DNA of 64,000 nt from Smithellaceae bacterium (GCA_963667845.2 CAXXVL010000001.1:704001-768000); one strand, 5' to 3'; numbered from the stretch's first letter, positions 9,450-19,291 are shown. Translations and numbers: made by a program. The notes: generated from the sequence alone by a model not told the origin.

Positions 9450-10277
9450 ATGACGTTCTGGGAAATGTTTTATAAAAATAAACTCGCGATGACCGGCTGC
9501 GGCATTGTCATCTTACTGTTTGTTGTGTCCCTTCTGGCTCCCGTGATTGCGCCGTATGACCCCGGGGCGATCGATCTTAAAAATGTCCTGGCACCGCCGT
9601 CGGGAGGCCACTGGTTCGGCACGGATCAACTCGGCCGCGACGTTCTCTCCCGGATGATCTGGGGGGCGCGTATTTCTTTGAAAGTCGGATTCGTTGCCAC
9701 AGGCCTCGCAATTCTTATCGGGATAGTTCTGGGAGCCGTCGCCGGTTATTACGGCGGCTGGATTGATGCCGTCATTATGCGCTTTGTGGATATCATGCTC
9801 TGCTTTCCCGCCTTCTTTCTGATTTTGGCCGTTATTGCTTTCCTGGAACCTTCCATCTGGAATATTATGATCGTGATCGGCCTTACCGGCTGGATGGGAG
9901 TGACGCGCCTGGTGCGTGCGGATTTCATTTCGCTTCGGGAACGGGACTTTGTGACGGCGGCCCGGTCGATAGGCGCCAATGATGCACGGATTATCTTTAT
10001 GCATATCCTGCCCAATGCGCTCGCATCCATCCTGGTTTCGGCCACCCTGGGGATCGCCGGCGCGATTCTGACGGAATCGGCGCTGAGTTTTCTGGGCATC
10101 GGGGTGCAGCCGCCGACGCCGAGCTGGGGGAATATTTTGACGGCGGGCAAGGATAATATTGATATCGCCTGGTGGCTGTCCTTTTATCCGGGACTCGCGA
10201 TTCTGATAACGGTCGTCGGTTATAATTTGCTGGGCGAGGGGATACGCGACGCATCCGATCCTCGTCTGAAACGATGA
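9450..10277 (+). CDS. Peptide/nickel ABC transporter permease (DppC/OppC-like)
   Basis: HWFGTDQLGRDVLSR, ESALSFLGIGVQPPTPSWG, GEGIRDASDP. Confidence 0.95.
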   Translation: MTFWEMFYKNKLAMTGCGIVILLFVVSLLAPVIAPYDPGAIDLKNVLAPPSGGHWFGTDQLGRDVLSRMIWGARISLKVGFVATGLAILIGIVLGAVAGYYGGWIDAVIMRFVDIMLCFPAFFLILAVIAFLEPSIWNIMIVIGLTGWMGVTRLVRADFISLRERDFVTAARSIGANDARIIFMHILPNALASILVSATLGIAGAILTESALSFLGIGVQPPTPSWGNILTAGKDNIDIAWWLSFYPGLAILITVVGYNLLGEGIRDASDPRLKR

Positions 10278-10602
10278 CGGTTTGAGCGAGTCGATCGCCG
10301 GACATACTTTCCCAGTTTCAAGCCTTTCCTAACGACCGGATTGATCTCCTGCACCCGTGCGATCGCAGCTTCGGCATTTGCCGGCCCGTTCATTTTCCGG
10401 CAAACATCGGAGATACGCATTGAATCGGGGGCGGGATAAAAGAAATCAGTCCGTCAAAGATTTTAAAAACAAGGAATTCCGTGCCGGGATTTATGAAAAG
10501 ATTCTTGGGACTTGATTATGTCGGCAAAATATAATACTAGTCCGCCACGGTAAAAAATGATCATAAAAGATATTATGGGTTGCATTTTAAGAGGAGGTTT
10601 TA

Positions 10603-10770
10603 ATGTCCAAGAAAATCAATGCTGAATTACTGAAGATCGACCGCCGAATCATCTCCCGCAAGTTGCTGATCGGTGAATTATCAGAGAAGGAATTAGCAAT
10701 CCTTTTAAAAAAACTGCCCGACGTGGCGGATAATGCCGAAGAAACGACTCCGCTGGCGAACGACAAGTAG
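10603..10770 (+). CDS. 55-aa small hypothetical protein (not in the ORF track)
   Basis: GAGGAGG SD, ATG at 10603, MSKKINAELLKIDRRIISRKLLIGELSEKELAILLKKLPDVADNAEETTPLANDK*; the stop is 2 nt before the tatD start. Confidence 0.75.
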   Translation: MSKKINAELLKIDRRIISRKLLIGELSEKELAILLKKLPDVADNAEETTPLANDK

Positions 10771-10772
10771 TT

Positions 10773-11546
10773 ATGCTGATTGACTCCCATGCCCACCTGG
10801 AAATGAAAGAATTCGATTCCGACCGCAGGGAGGTGATGGAGCGGGCCAGACTTGCGGGTGTTGACTGTATCATCACGGTAGGAACGAGTCTGGGATTGAG
10901 CCGCAAGGCATTAACGATTGCCCGTCAATATGAAAACGTTTATGCAACAGTCGGTGTTCATCCTCATGACGTCGCCGGGGCCACCGACAAGATGCTCGAT
11001 GAGCTCAAAGATCTGGCAAGTGATCCGAAAGTTGTCGCCTACGGCGAAATCGGTCTGGATTACTTCCGCAATATCTCACCTCAGGAAAAGCAAATCGCGA
11101 TGTTTGCCAGACAGCTCGAATTGGCCGGGGAATTGAAACTGCCGGTGATTATCCATGATCGTGACGCTCATGACCAGACGCTTGCGATGGTGAAATCTTC
11201 AGGCATCCGCTCCGGAGTTTTTCATTGTTTTTCGGGCGACTGGGCCATGGCCCGGCAATGCATCGATTTAGGGTTTTACATTTCCGTGCCCGGCGTTGTG
11301 ACCTTTGAAAAGTCAAAAGTACTGCAGGAGGTGGTGAAGCAGGCACCGCTTGATTCCATCCTTTTGGAAACAGACTGCCCCTATCTTACGCCCGTTCCCC
11401 ATCGCGGCAAAAGAAATGAACCGGCTTTCATTATTCACACGGCGAAGAAAGTGGGCGAAATCAGGTCAATGGCCTGGGAAGATGTGGCCGAGAGGGCGGC
11501 CGTGAATACCCGGAATCTTTTCCGCATGGATATTGCTTCCAAGTAG
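10773..11546 (+). CDS. tatD: TatD-family hydrolase/nuclease
   Basis: IDSHAHL, GVHPH, GEIGLDY, IHDRDA, HCFSG, LETDCPYL. Confidence 0.96.
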   Translation: MLIDSHAHLEMKEFDSDRREVMERARLAGVDCIITVGTSLGLSRKALTIARQYENVYATVGVHPHDVAGATDKMLDELKDLASDPKVVAYGEIGLDYFRNISPQEKQIAMFARQLELAGELKLPVIIHDRDAHDQTLAMVKSSGIRSGVFHCFSGDWAMARQCIDLGFYISVPGVVTFEKSKVLQEVVKQAPLDSILLETDCPYLTPVPHRGKRNEPAFIIHTAKKVGEIRSMAWEDVAERAAVNTRNLFRMDIASK

Positions 11547-11586
11547 CCCGGGTGCTATCTGACAAAATTTGACAAGTGTTCCGACC

Positions 11587-12297
11587 ATGACGCAATCATT
11601 TAATTCATCGAAGAAAAAAGCTGTTGTTTTACTCTCCGGCGGTGTTGATTCCGCCACCACCCTGGCGATTGCCCGCAAGATGGGGTTTGATCTGTGCGCC
11701 TTGAGCTTCCGGTACGGCCAGCGGCATGCCGTGGAACTCACCGCGGCGGCGCGCATCGCGCACGCAAACGACGTCAGCAGGCATCTGACTGTAGATATCG
11801 ATCTCAGACGCATTGGAGGATCAGCGTTAACCAGCGATCTGGCTGTTCCCAAGAGCCGCAGCGTGGACGACATGGCAAAAGACATCCCGATCACTTATGT
11901 ACCGGCGCGCAATACCATTTTTCTTTCCTATGCCCTGGCCTGGGCGGAGGTGATTGAATCATCCGATATTTTTATCGGCGTGAACGCTCTGGACTACAGC
12001 GGTTATCCGGACTGCCGCCCCGAGTACATCGAGGCATACGAGCGTATGGCCAATCTGGCGACCAAAGCCGGTGTTGAAAAAAAACAAAAGTTAGCCATTC
12101 ATGTGCCGCTGATCGCGCTCAGCAAGGCGCAGATCATCCGCAAGGGGATGGAACTGGGCGTCGATTATTCCCTGACGCACAGCTGCTATGATCCGGAAGA
12201 AGACGGCGCCGCCTGCGGACATTGCGATTCCTGCCTGCTCAGACTCAAAGGCTTCGCCGAAGCCGGGATCAAAGATCCGGGAAGATATAAAAAATAA
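11587..12297 (+). CDS. queC: 7-cyano-7-deazaguanine synthase
   Basis: [10 protein letters not shown]-loop, TYVPARN, YPDCRP, SCY...CGHCDSC. Confidence 0.97.
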   Translation: MTQSFNSSKKKAVVLLSGGVDSATTLAIARKMGFDLCALSFRYGQRHAVELTAAARIAHANDVSRHLTVDIDLRRIGGSALTSDLAVPKSRSVDDMAKDIPITYVPARNTIFLSYALAWAEVIESSDIFIGVNALDYSGYPDCRPEYIEAYERMANLATKAGVEKKQKLAIHVPLIALSKAQIIRKGMELGVDYSLTHSCYDPEEDGAACGHCDSCLLRLKGFAEAGIKDPGRYKK

Positions 12298-12343
12298 GGT
12301 CCAAGGTTCAAGGTGCAAGGTGCAAGGTGCAAGGTGCAAGGTT
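12295..12343 (+). repeat. Heptamer tandem repeat (CAAGGTG/T) x~7
   Basis: taaggtc caaggtt caaggtg caaggtg caaggtg caaggtg caaggtt between queC and queE. Confidence 0.95.
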
Positions 12344-12349
12344 AAGAGG

Positions 12350-12979
12350 ATGTATTCCGTTAAGGAAATATTTTACTCGATTCAGGGAGAGGGCTATTAT
12401 AGCGGCCGGCCGGCCGTTTTTTGCCGTTTTTCCGGCTGCAACCTGTGGTCGGGAAAAGAAGAAGATCGGGATCAGGCACTCTGCAAATTCTGCGATACGG
12501 ACTTTGTCGGAACGGGCGGCACCGAAGGCGGCGTATATGAAACGGCCGGACATCTTGCTGAGACCCTTGCCCGGTTCTGGCCTCGCGCCAAAGGAAGCCG
12601 CTTTGCCGTTTGCACCGGAGGAGAACCTCTGCTGCAGGTGGATGCGGCGCTAATCTCCGCACTGCACGCCGAGGGATTTGCCGTTGCAGTGGAGACCAAC
12701 GGGACCATTCCCGCGACTGCCGGTATAGACTGGATCTGCGTCAGTCCCAAGGCTGGTGTAAAGCTTGTGCAGACCGGCGGAGATGAGTTAAAGCTTGTTT
12801 ATCCGCAGGCAGGGGCCGAGCCGGAGCATTATGCCAAGTTGAATTTCCGGCATTTTTTTCTGCAGCCGATGGACGGTGCTGAGAGGGAAGATGCTATCAG
12901 GCAGGCTTTAAAGTATGCTCTGGCGCATCCGCAGTGGCGAATCAGTTTGCAGTTGCATAAAATATTAGGCGTTCGGTAA
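12350..12979 (+). CDS. queE: 7-carboxy-7-deazaguanine synthase (radical SAM, CX14CX2C type)
   Basis: ATG at 12350; KEIFYSIQGEG, CNLWSGKEEDRDQALCKFCDTDF, TGGEP, ETNG, SLQLHK. Confidence 0.95.
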   Translation: MYSVKEIFYSIQGEGYYSGRPAVFCRFSGCNLWSGKEEDRDQALCKFCDTDFVGTGGTEGGVYETAGHLAETLARFWPRAKGSRFAVCTGGEPLLQVDAALISALHAEGFAVAVETNGTIPATAGIDWICVSPKAGVKLVQTGGDELKLVYPQAGAEPEHYAKLNFRHFFLQPMDGAEREDAIRQALKYALAHPQWRISLQLHKILGVR

Positions 12980-12988
12980 GGAATAAAA

Positions 12989-13348
12989 ATGGAAATTTAT
13001 AAAGTATTCAAATTCGATGCGGCGCATTACCTGCCCCTGGTTCCTCCCGGCCACAAGTGCGCAAGGATGCATGGCCATTCTTTTCGTGTCGAGATCCATA
13101 TCCGGGGCAAGGCCGATCCCCGCACCGGCTGGGTGATGGATTTTTCCGATATCGCTGCAGCATTTGATCCGATTCTGAATCAATTGGATCATAAGAATTT
13201 GAACGTCATTGCCGGTCTGGAAAATCCCACTTCCGAAAACTTATGCCGGTGGATCTGGCAGCGTCTTCAGCCCGCACTTCCGCAGTTGAGCAAAATTATC
13301 GTTCAGGAGAGCCCTGAATCCGGATGTATTTACGAGGGGGAAGACTGA
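12989..13348 (+). CDS. queD: 6-carboxytetrahydropterin synthase
   Basis: FDAAH, HKCARMHGHS, LDHKNLN, NPTSEN. Confidence 0.96.
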   Translation: MEIYKVFKFDAAHYLPLVPPGHKCARMHGHSFRVEIHIRGKADPRTGWVMDFSDIAAAFDPILNQLDHKNLNVIAGLENPTSENLCRWIWQRLQPALPQLSKIIVQESPESGCIYEGED

Positions 13349-13486
13349 TTTCCATTTCCGAAGGCGAGGCGATGCGTAGAGCCACCGCCGGCTTTCCGGA
13401 ACTATTTGTTGTGCATGTCCGGGCTCGTCAAATTCCTTATCACAGAGTCGCAAGAACAGCGGGGACGCCTGCATCTTCAATCAACC

Positions 13487-13580
13487 ACCTCGAAGCAAGC
13501 TGTCGAGGTATGAAATGAACGTCATTATATCGCAGCAAGCTATGGAGATTTAACGCTCGTTCCGCTTAAGCGGGATTAAA
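13487..13580. repeat. Paired GCAAGC-loop hairpins, resembling IS200/IS605-type ends or REP
   Basis: acctcga-agcaagctg-tcgaggt (13487-13509) and a degenerate second copy tcgcagcaagctatggaga (~13530-13548). Confidence 0.45.
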
Positions 13581-13619
13581 AAAATTGCTTTTTGTAACTT
13601 AATGTATTAATTTTCAATC

Positions 13620-13712
13620 ATGGGGTGCCGCTCATCTCGGCTTCTGGAAGAGATGAACGGCTGAGATTATACCCTTTGAACCTGACCCGGGTAATGCTGG
13701 CGTAGGGAGTGG
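13620..13712 (+). promoter_or_regulatory. TPP riboswitch
   Basis: GGGGTGC...CTGAGA..ATACCC..GAACCTGA..CGGGTAATGCTGGCGTAGGGA consensus, upstream of thi genes; sigma70-like TTGCTT-N17-TAATTT at 13585-13613. Confidence 0.95.
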
Positions 13713-13732
13713 CGATCAGAAAAAACGAATTT

Positions 13733-13770
13733 AAGCCATATCCTTTTCAGGTGAAAGGGTATGGCTTTTT
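13733..13770 (+). terminator. Riboswitch expression-platform terminator
   Basis: Stem aagccatatcctt / agggtatggctt plus a T tract, between the aptamer and the thiN start. Confidence 0.8.
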
Positions 13771-13794
13771 AAATCTGGGGACTATGGCTTTCCG

Positions 13795-14466
13795 ATGAAC
13801 CAAAACATTGTCATCATCAGCGGCGGACGCTTGGGGAATGTGGATTTTTTCCGGGCGAATGTGGCAAAAATTGACAATCGCCTGCTGATCGCCTGTGACG
13901 GCGGTGCGCGGCATCTGCCTGGGTCGGGTCTGATACCGGATGTGCTGCTGGGCGATATGGATTCCGTTAACCCCGAGCAACTGGCGGATTACGAAAAAGC
14001 AGGCGTCAAGGTGATCCGATATCCGGTCAACAAAGATTTTACGGATACGGCCCTGGCGCTGGATTATGCACTTTCTTTGAAGCCCCGGGGGATCGATATC
14101 TGGGGAACCCAGGGCGGCCGGATCGACCACGCCCTGGCCAATCTGTTTCTACTCATCAAGACCAAGGAAGCGGGAATTCCGACCCGTCTGATGGATGAAT
14201 ACTGCGAAGCCTTTGTTCCGATCGGTGACGTCATCTTCACCGATGCTTCGGGCTGCCTGGTTTCGCTCATAGCGCTCAGCCCCGAAGTCGAGGGTATAAC
14301 GCTCGCCGGGTTTCTCTATCCGCTTAGCGATGGGACTCTTACCATGTCCGAATCGCGGGGTGTGAGCAACATCATTGCGGGCGATCGGGCCCGCATTCAC
14401 ATCCGGTCGGGAAATCTCCTGGTGATCCGCTACCGGCAAAAAGATTTTTTTCCGGAGGTGACTTAA
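13795..14466 (+). CDS. thiN: Thiamine pyrophosphokinase
   Basis: IACDGGA, GDMDS, KDFTDT, GGRIDHALAN, GVSN. Confidence 0.93.
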   Translation: MNQNIVIISGGRLGNVDFFRANVAKIDNRLLIACDGGARHLPGSGLIPDVLLGDMDSVNPEQLADYEKAGVKVIRYPVNKDFTDTALALDYALSLKPRGIDIWGTQGGRIDHALANLFLLIKTKEAGIPTRLMDEYCEAFVPIGDVIFTDASGCLVSLIALSPEVEGITLAGFLYPLSDGTLTMSESRGVSNIIAGDRARIHIRSGNLLVIRYRQKDFFPEVT

Positions 14467-15261
14467 ATGAAGAAGCCGGTCACCATCTTGTGCATCGGAG
14501 GGTCGGATTCCGGCGGCGGGGCGGGAATTCAGGCGGATCTGAAAGCGGTGAGCGCAAGCGGCTGCTACGCCCTGACGGTGATTACGGCCCTGACGGCTCA
14601 GAATACCCGGGGAGTCTGCGATATTTCCCCGGTGTCGAAGAAATTTATCACGGCGCAGCTCGATGCGGTTCTGAGCGATATCGGTGCGGACGCCGTTAAG
14701 ACCGGCATGCTTCTGACGGCGGGCGCAGTTGAGGCTGTTGTCAGGGCCATCGGTCAATACTCACTGAGAAATGTGGTTGTGGATCCGGTCATGACCGCGA
14801 AAGGGGGCCGCTCGATGATGCAGGAAAAAGCGCAGAGGGCCCTGGTGGAAAAGTTGCTGCCGCTGGCACACGTTGTCACTCCGAATATTCCGGAAGCCCA
14901 AGCGCTTGCCCGGGTAAAGATCCGGTCTGTCGACGACATGAAAAGAGCGGCCGCCGTCATTCGGGAGTCCGGGGTGAAAAATGTCGTGATTAAAGGCGGA
15001 CATTTACCGGGCCGCCGTAAATCGGTCAGTACCGATATCCTTTACGATGGAGAAACGTATTACGAATTTACGGCCGACTGGATCGAAACAAAAAACACGC
15101 ACGGCACCGGCTGCACCTATGCGTCCGTCCTGGCTGCATCTGTCGGTCGGGGCAAAAGCGTTGTGAATGCGGCCAAAGAGGCCAAAAGGCTGGTGACACG
15201 GGCAATCAAACATTCCCTGGATCTGGGGGAAGGGCATGGACCGGTGAATATCGCCGGATAA
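14467..15261 (+). CDS. thiD: Hydroxymethylpyrimidine/phosphomethylpyrimidine kinase
   Basis: GSDSGGGAGIQADLK, VKTGML, TPNIPEA, IKGGH, HGTGCT. Confidence 0.96.
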   Translation: MKKPVTILCIGGSDSGGGAGIQADLKAVSASGCYALTVITALTAQNTRGVCDISPVSKKFITAQLDAVLSDIGADAVKTGMLLTAGAVEAVVRAIGQYSLRNVVVDPVMTAKGGRSMMQEKAQRALVEKLLPLAHVVTPNIPEAQALARVKIRSVDDMKRAAAVIRESGVKNVVIKGGHLPGRRKSVSTDILYDGETYYEFTADWIETKNTHGTGCTYASVLAASVGRGKSVVNAAKEAKRLVTRAIKHSLDLGEGHGPVNIAG

Positions 15262-15285
15262 AGGATGAAGATTTTGGAGGAGAAT

Positions 15286-16557
15286 ATGACACAGTTGGAG
15301 AAAGCCCGCAGAGGGGTCATTTCGGACGAAATGAAAATCTGCGCGGCGGAAGAAGGCATTGAGGCCGAGGTTATCCGGCAGGGGATGGTTGACGGGACCA
15401 TCGTGATTTGCCGCAACGTGAACCATACGGCGATCAAACCGCTGGCGATAGGCGCAGGACTGCGGACCAAGGTCAATGCCAATATCGGGACGTCCAAAGA
15501 CAATAATGATATGGCTGTCGAGCTGGAAAAATTGAAAATCGCCACAGCGGCGGGTGCCGATGCCGTCATGGATTTATCCACCGGCGGGGATCTCGCGCAA
15601 ATCCGCAAGGCGGTGATGGAACAAGCCACCGTGGCCATCGGGACGGTGCCCATTTATCAGGCGGCGGTTAAAATCCTGGCCGAGAAAAAAGCGATTGCCG
15701 ATATGACGTCCGACGATATGTTTGCCGTGATTGAGGAAAACGGTCGCGACGGCGTCGATTTTATTACCGTGCACTGCGGCGTCAATCGTCAAAGCATAGC
15801 GGTCCTGGAAGCGCAGGGAAGAGTTCTGGGCATTGTCAGCCGGGGTGGTTCCATGACCGCGAACTGGATGCGCTGCAATAACCGTGAAAATCCGCTGTAT
15901 GAAGAATATGACCGTCTGCTTTCCATCGCACACCGCTACGACATGGTGCTGAGCCTCGGTGACGGTCTGCGCCCCGGCGCGACGAGTGATGCGACCGACC
16001 GGGGGCAATTGCAGGAGCTGATCATTCTGGGCGAGCTCGCGGCACGCGCCCGCGATGCGGGCGTGCAGGTCATGATTGAAGGCCCCGGCCACGTGCCGAT
16101 TACGGAAGTGGAAGCCAATATCAAACTGCAGAAGAAGCTGTGCCAGGGAGCGCCATTTTACGTTCTGGGCCCGTTGCCGACGGATATCGCACCCGGGTAC
16201 GATCATATCACTTCCGCGATCGGCGGCGCGATTGCGGGCGCTGCGGGCGCGGATTTCCTGTGTTACGTTACCCCTGCGGAGCATTTGCGCCTGCCCACAC
16301 TGGCCGATGTCCGCGACGGGGTGATCGCCGCGCGCATTGCCGCTCATATTGCGGATATCGCCAAAGGCGTCAAAGGGGCGCGCGAGCGCGACCGGAAAAT
16401 GTCCGAATGCCGGAAGAACTTTGACTGGCAGGGACAGGTGGATTTATCCATTGATCCGGAGAGAACCGTTGCCTTGCTGGAGAAAAGCAAGAGTGCGGAT
16501 GATGAAGGCTGCACCATGTGCGGTGAATTCTGCGCCATCAAATTAGGAAAGCGGTAA
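15286..16557 (+). CDS. thiC: Phosphomethylpyrimidine synthase (short anaerobe type)
   Basis: TKVNANIGTS, MDLSTGG, SLGDGLRPG, EGPGHVP, YVTPAEHL, CTMCGEFC; TPP riboswitch operon context. Confidence 0.93.
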   Translation: MTQLEKARRGVISDEMKICAAEEGIEAEVIRQGMVDGTIVICRNVNHTAIKPLAIGAGLRTKVNANIGTSKDNNDMAVELEKLKIATAAGADAVMDLSTGGDLAQIRKAVMEQATVAIGTVPIYQAAVKILAEKKAIADMTSDDMFAVIEENGRDGVDFITVHCGVNRQSIAVLEAQGRVLGIVSRGGSMTANWMRCNNRENPLYEEYDRLLSIAHRYDMVLSLGDGLRPGATSDATDRGQLQELIILGELAARARDAGVQVMIEGPGHVPITEVEANIKLQKKLCQGAPFYVLGPLPTDIAPGYDHITSAIGGAIAGAAGADFLCYVTPAEHLRLPTLADVRDGVIAARIAAHIADIAKGVKGARERDRKMSECRKNFDWQGQVDLSIDPERTVALLEKSKSADDEGCTMCGEFCAIKLGKR

Positions 16558-16570
16558 AGAGGGTTGTTCG

Positions 16571-16882
16571 ATGATTTATGTTATTGCCACGATTACGCTC
16601 AAAGAGGGTCAGCGGGAAAAATATCTGCGGGAACTGCGCAAAATTATGCCGCTGGTGCACGGGGAAAATGGCTGTATTGAATATCGGCCCTGGACGGATG
16701 TGAATACCGGAAGCCGATTTCAGGCGGTATACCGGACCGACACGGTGACCATTCTGGAAAAGTGGGAAAGCCTTGATGCCCTGAAAAATCATGGCGCGTC
16801 GACGCACATGACGGCCTTTCGTCATGATGTCAAAGAATTTGTGCAGACCATGGCCTTGCAGATATTGTCGCCGGTTGAATAA
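16571..16882 (+). CDS. ABM-domain protein (putative quinol monooxygenase)
   Basis: MIYVIATI...E.GCIEY...ILEKWESLDALKNH..S.HM pattern. Confidence 0.85.
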   Translation: MIYVIATITLKEGQREKYLRELRKIMPLVHGENGCIEYRPWTDVNTGSRFQAVYRTDTVTILEKWESLDALKNHGASTHMTAFRHDVKEFVQTMALQILSPVE

Positions 16883-16940
16883 ACAGGGCAGTGGTCAATA
16901 ATTGGAAGCCGGCCTCTGCAGGCCGGCGTGAGGAAAAAAT

Positions 16941-18305
16941 TTGACCCGGACGGCGGACAGTCATCAACCCGAAAAAATCCGTAAAGCGGAAGCCATCATC
17001 AGCCGGTTGAAGCAGGCCGGCTTTGAAGCCTATTTTGTCGGCGGTTCGGTGCGGGATTTCATCCGCGGCGTCACGCCCGGTGACTATGACATCGTCACAT
17101 CCGCCCTGCCGGATCAGGTCGCCTCCCTGTTTGAACGCACGGTTGCCGTCGGAGCGAAATTCGGCGTCATGGTCGTGATTGCGGACGGTCATCCTTACGA
17201 GGTGGCGACGTTTCGCAGCGATGATATTTATGAAGACGGCAGGCGTCCCACACGCGTCCACTTTTCATCGGCAAAAGAAGACGTTTTCCGGCGCGATTTC
17301 ACCATCAACGGTCTGTTGATGGATCCCGAAACCAACCGCGTGATAGATTATGTGAATGGCCTTGCGGATATCGAAAGAAAAGTCGTCCGCACCATCGGTG
17401 ATCCGGCGGTCCGGTTTAATGAAGATTTCCTGAGAATGCTGCGCGCCGTTCGGTTCGCCGCCAATCTTGATTTTCACCTCGATAGCGAAACACAAAGCGC
17501 CATTTTCACTAATGCCGCAAATATCAGAAACGTCAGTGCCGAACGCATTCAGGAAGAGCTGAGTAAGATTCTGACGCGCGGGGGTGCGCGTCGGGGTTTT
17601 GAATTATTATCCGCTTCAGGCCTTCTGAAATATATCTTGCCGGAAGTGGAGAGGATGCATGGCGTTTCCCAGCCGCCGCGGTTTCATCCGGAAGGCGATG
17701 TCTGGGAGCACACAATGATCATGCTGGACACGCTCTGCCGGGAAACCGGCCCGAACACCGATCCGGTGCTGGCCTGGAGCGCACTGCTTCATGATGTCGG
17801 GAAACCCTTTTCGCGGACCGAAGATGAAAACGGTGTTCATTTTTACGGACACGTGCAGCAGGGAGAATCGATTGCGGACGGCGTTCTTCAGCGGCTGAAA
17901 TTTTCCAACGCCCAGCGGGAGACCGTGGTCAGTCTGATTCATCATCACATGGACTTCATGAATGTGCAGAAAATGAGGCCTGCCCGGCTGAAACGGTTTT
18001 TGCGCATGCCCGATTTCCGCCTGCATCTCGATCTGCATCGCCTCGATTGCCTCGCGAGTCACGGCATGCTGGACTATTACGAATTCTGTCTCGCGCAATT
18101 GCAGATCATGGATCATCAGGACCTGCATCCGCCCCGACTCGTGACAGGGCATGATTTGCTGGCCATGGGATTCTCCGAGGGCAAACTGATCGGAGAGATA
18201 TTGCAGACGCTGGAAGAAGAACAGTTGGAAAACAGGATTCATGATCGCAATGAAGCGGTGGCCTTTATACGGGATCACTGGAAATCATCCCTGCGGACTC
18301 TCTGA
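16941..18305 (+). CDS. cca: CCA tRNA nucleotidyltransferase with HD domain
   Basis: VGGSVRD, DYDIVT, RRDFTINGL, EDFLRMLRAVRF, HPEGDVWEH, LLHDVGK. CC- versus A-adding specificity is not determinable here. Confidence 0.88.
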   Translation: MTRTADSHQPEKIRKAEAIISRLKQAGFEAYFVGGSVRDFIRGVTPGDYDIVTSALPDQVASLFERTVAVGAKFGVMVVIADGHPYEVATFRSDDIYEDGRRPTRVHFSSAKEDVFRRDFTINGLLMDPETNRVIDYVNGLADIERKVVRTIGDPAVRFNEDFLRMLRAVRFAANLDFHLDSETQSAIFTNAANIRNVSAERIQEELSKILTRGGARRGFELLSASGLLKYILPEVERMHGVSQPPRFHPEGDVWEHTMIMLDTLCRETGPNTDPVLAWSALLHDVGKPFSRTEDENGVHFYGHVQQGESIADGVLQRLKFSNAQRETVVSLIHHHMDFMNVQKMRPARLKRFLRMPDFRLHLDLHRLDCLASHGMLDYYEFCLAQLQIMDHQDLHPPRLVTGHDLLAMGFSEGKLIGEILQTLEEEQLENRIHDRNEAVAFIRDHWKSSLRTL

Positions 18306-18318
18306 AGGATAAGGCGAT

Positions 18319-19092
18319 ATGATCAAGACGAACCCTCTTTGTGCTGGCCTGGCCGTAGGGATCATGATTGTTTTGCTGGTGCAGGGATGTGCGAGCCGCA
18401 GTGCAAAGGAACATCCCGCGCCCTCCGAAATAAAGAGACAGTCGCTCGCCGTCATGGGCCATACGATTCAGGCCGGGGCATTTGCCGATGTGCAAAACGC
18501 GGTTCGTCTTACGGAAAGACTTAAAGGCCAGGGTCTCGACGCCACGTATTTCAAGGCATCCGATGGTCTCTTCAAAGTTCGTTTCGGGAATTTCTCGTCG
18601 AAGGAACTGGCCCGCACCCGCGCACAGGCCCTGCAGCGTGCAGGCATCATCGAAGAATTTTATATCGTGCTGCCGGAAGATTCCGCCGCGGCCAAACGCA
18701 AACAGTATGGCACGGATTATTTAAGGCAGTCGCTTGTGAAAACCGCAAAAGACTTTATCGGCGTGCCTTACCTCTGGGGCGGCGTGTCGGTCGACAAAGG
18801 CTTTGACTGCAGCGGGCTCACGATGACGGTGTATCAGTTGAATGGCCTCGATATGCCGCGCCACTCGGCAACGCAGTTCGATGCCGGAGATCCCATTAAG
18901 CTCAGTGAACTGCAGCAAGGTGATCTGGTCTTCTTTGCAACGCGTGGACGGGGAAAGGTATCGCACGTTGGTATCTATATCGGCGACGGACAATTCATCC
19001 ACGCACCGAAGCGCGGCAAAAAAATATGCATCGATTCTCTATCGAATGAATACTTCGAAAAACGTTTTGTCGGCGCAAAAAATTATCTCTGA
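18319..19092 (+). CDS. SPOR + NlpC/P60 peptidoglycan endopeptidase lipoprotein
   Basis: Lipobox VQGC; IQAGAF...FKVRFGNF SPOR; PYLWGG, FDCSG, GDLVFF, HVGIY, FIHAP. Confidence 0.92.
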   Translation: MIKTNPLCAGLAVGIMIVLLVQGCASRSAKEHPAPSEIKRQSLAVMGHTIQAGAFADVQNAVRLTERLKGQGLDATYFKASDGLFKVRFGNFSSKELARTRAQALQRAGIIEEFYIVLPEDSAAAKRKQYGTDYLRQSLVKTAKDFIGVPYLWGGVSVDKGFDCSGLTMTVYQLNGLDMPRHSATQFDAGDPIKLSELQQGDLVFFATRGRGKVSHVGIYIGDGQFIHAPKRGKKICIDSLSNEYFEKRFVGAKNYL

Positions 19093-19262
19093 TCGTAAAT
19101 CTCTGAAAATGGCTCCGGCAAAGGGTTTCGAGATCACCCTCCCTTGATTGATTCTCATCAGAAATCATTGTCGACGCCGGTTGATGTTGCCGCTTCTGTG
19201 AAATGTCATTGCCTCCGAGCAATAAAAAAAATAAAAAAATAAAATATTTTTTACAGTTTTTG

Positions 19263-19291
19263 TTGACCGAAGCAAAAAAATAAAGTAAAAT
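19263..19291 (+). promoter_or_regulatory. sigma70-type promoter for the histone-like gene
   Basis: TTGACC-N17-TAAAAT with an AT-rich upstream tract. Confidence 0.7.

Noticed and set aside
12295..12343. Possible CRISPR array
   Set aside because: 7-bp units with no spacers, and no cas genes in the window.
12188..12349. N-terminal extension of queE in the ORF track
   Set aside because: It overlaps queC and translates the heptamer repeat; the SD and family start point to ATG 12350.
11587..13348. queCED as part of a dpd DNA-modification island
   Set aside because: No dpdA/tgt paralogue or defence genes nearby; ordinary queuosine synthesis is the simpler reading.
15286..16557. BzaA/B/F (benzimidazole synthase) instead of ThiC
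   Set aside because: It sits with thiD/thiN under a TPP riboswitch, not in a cobalamin context.
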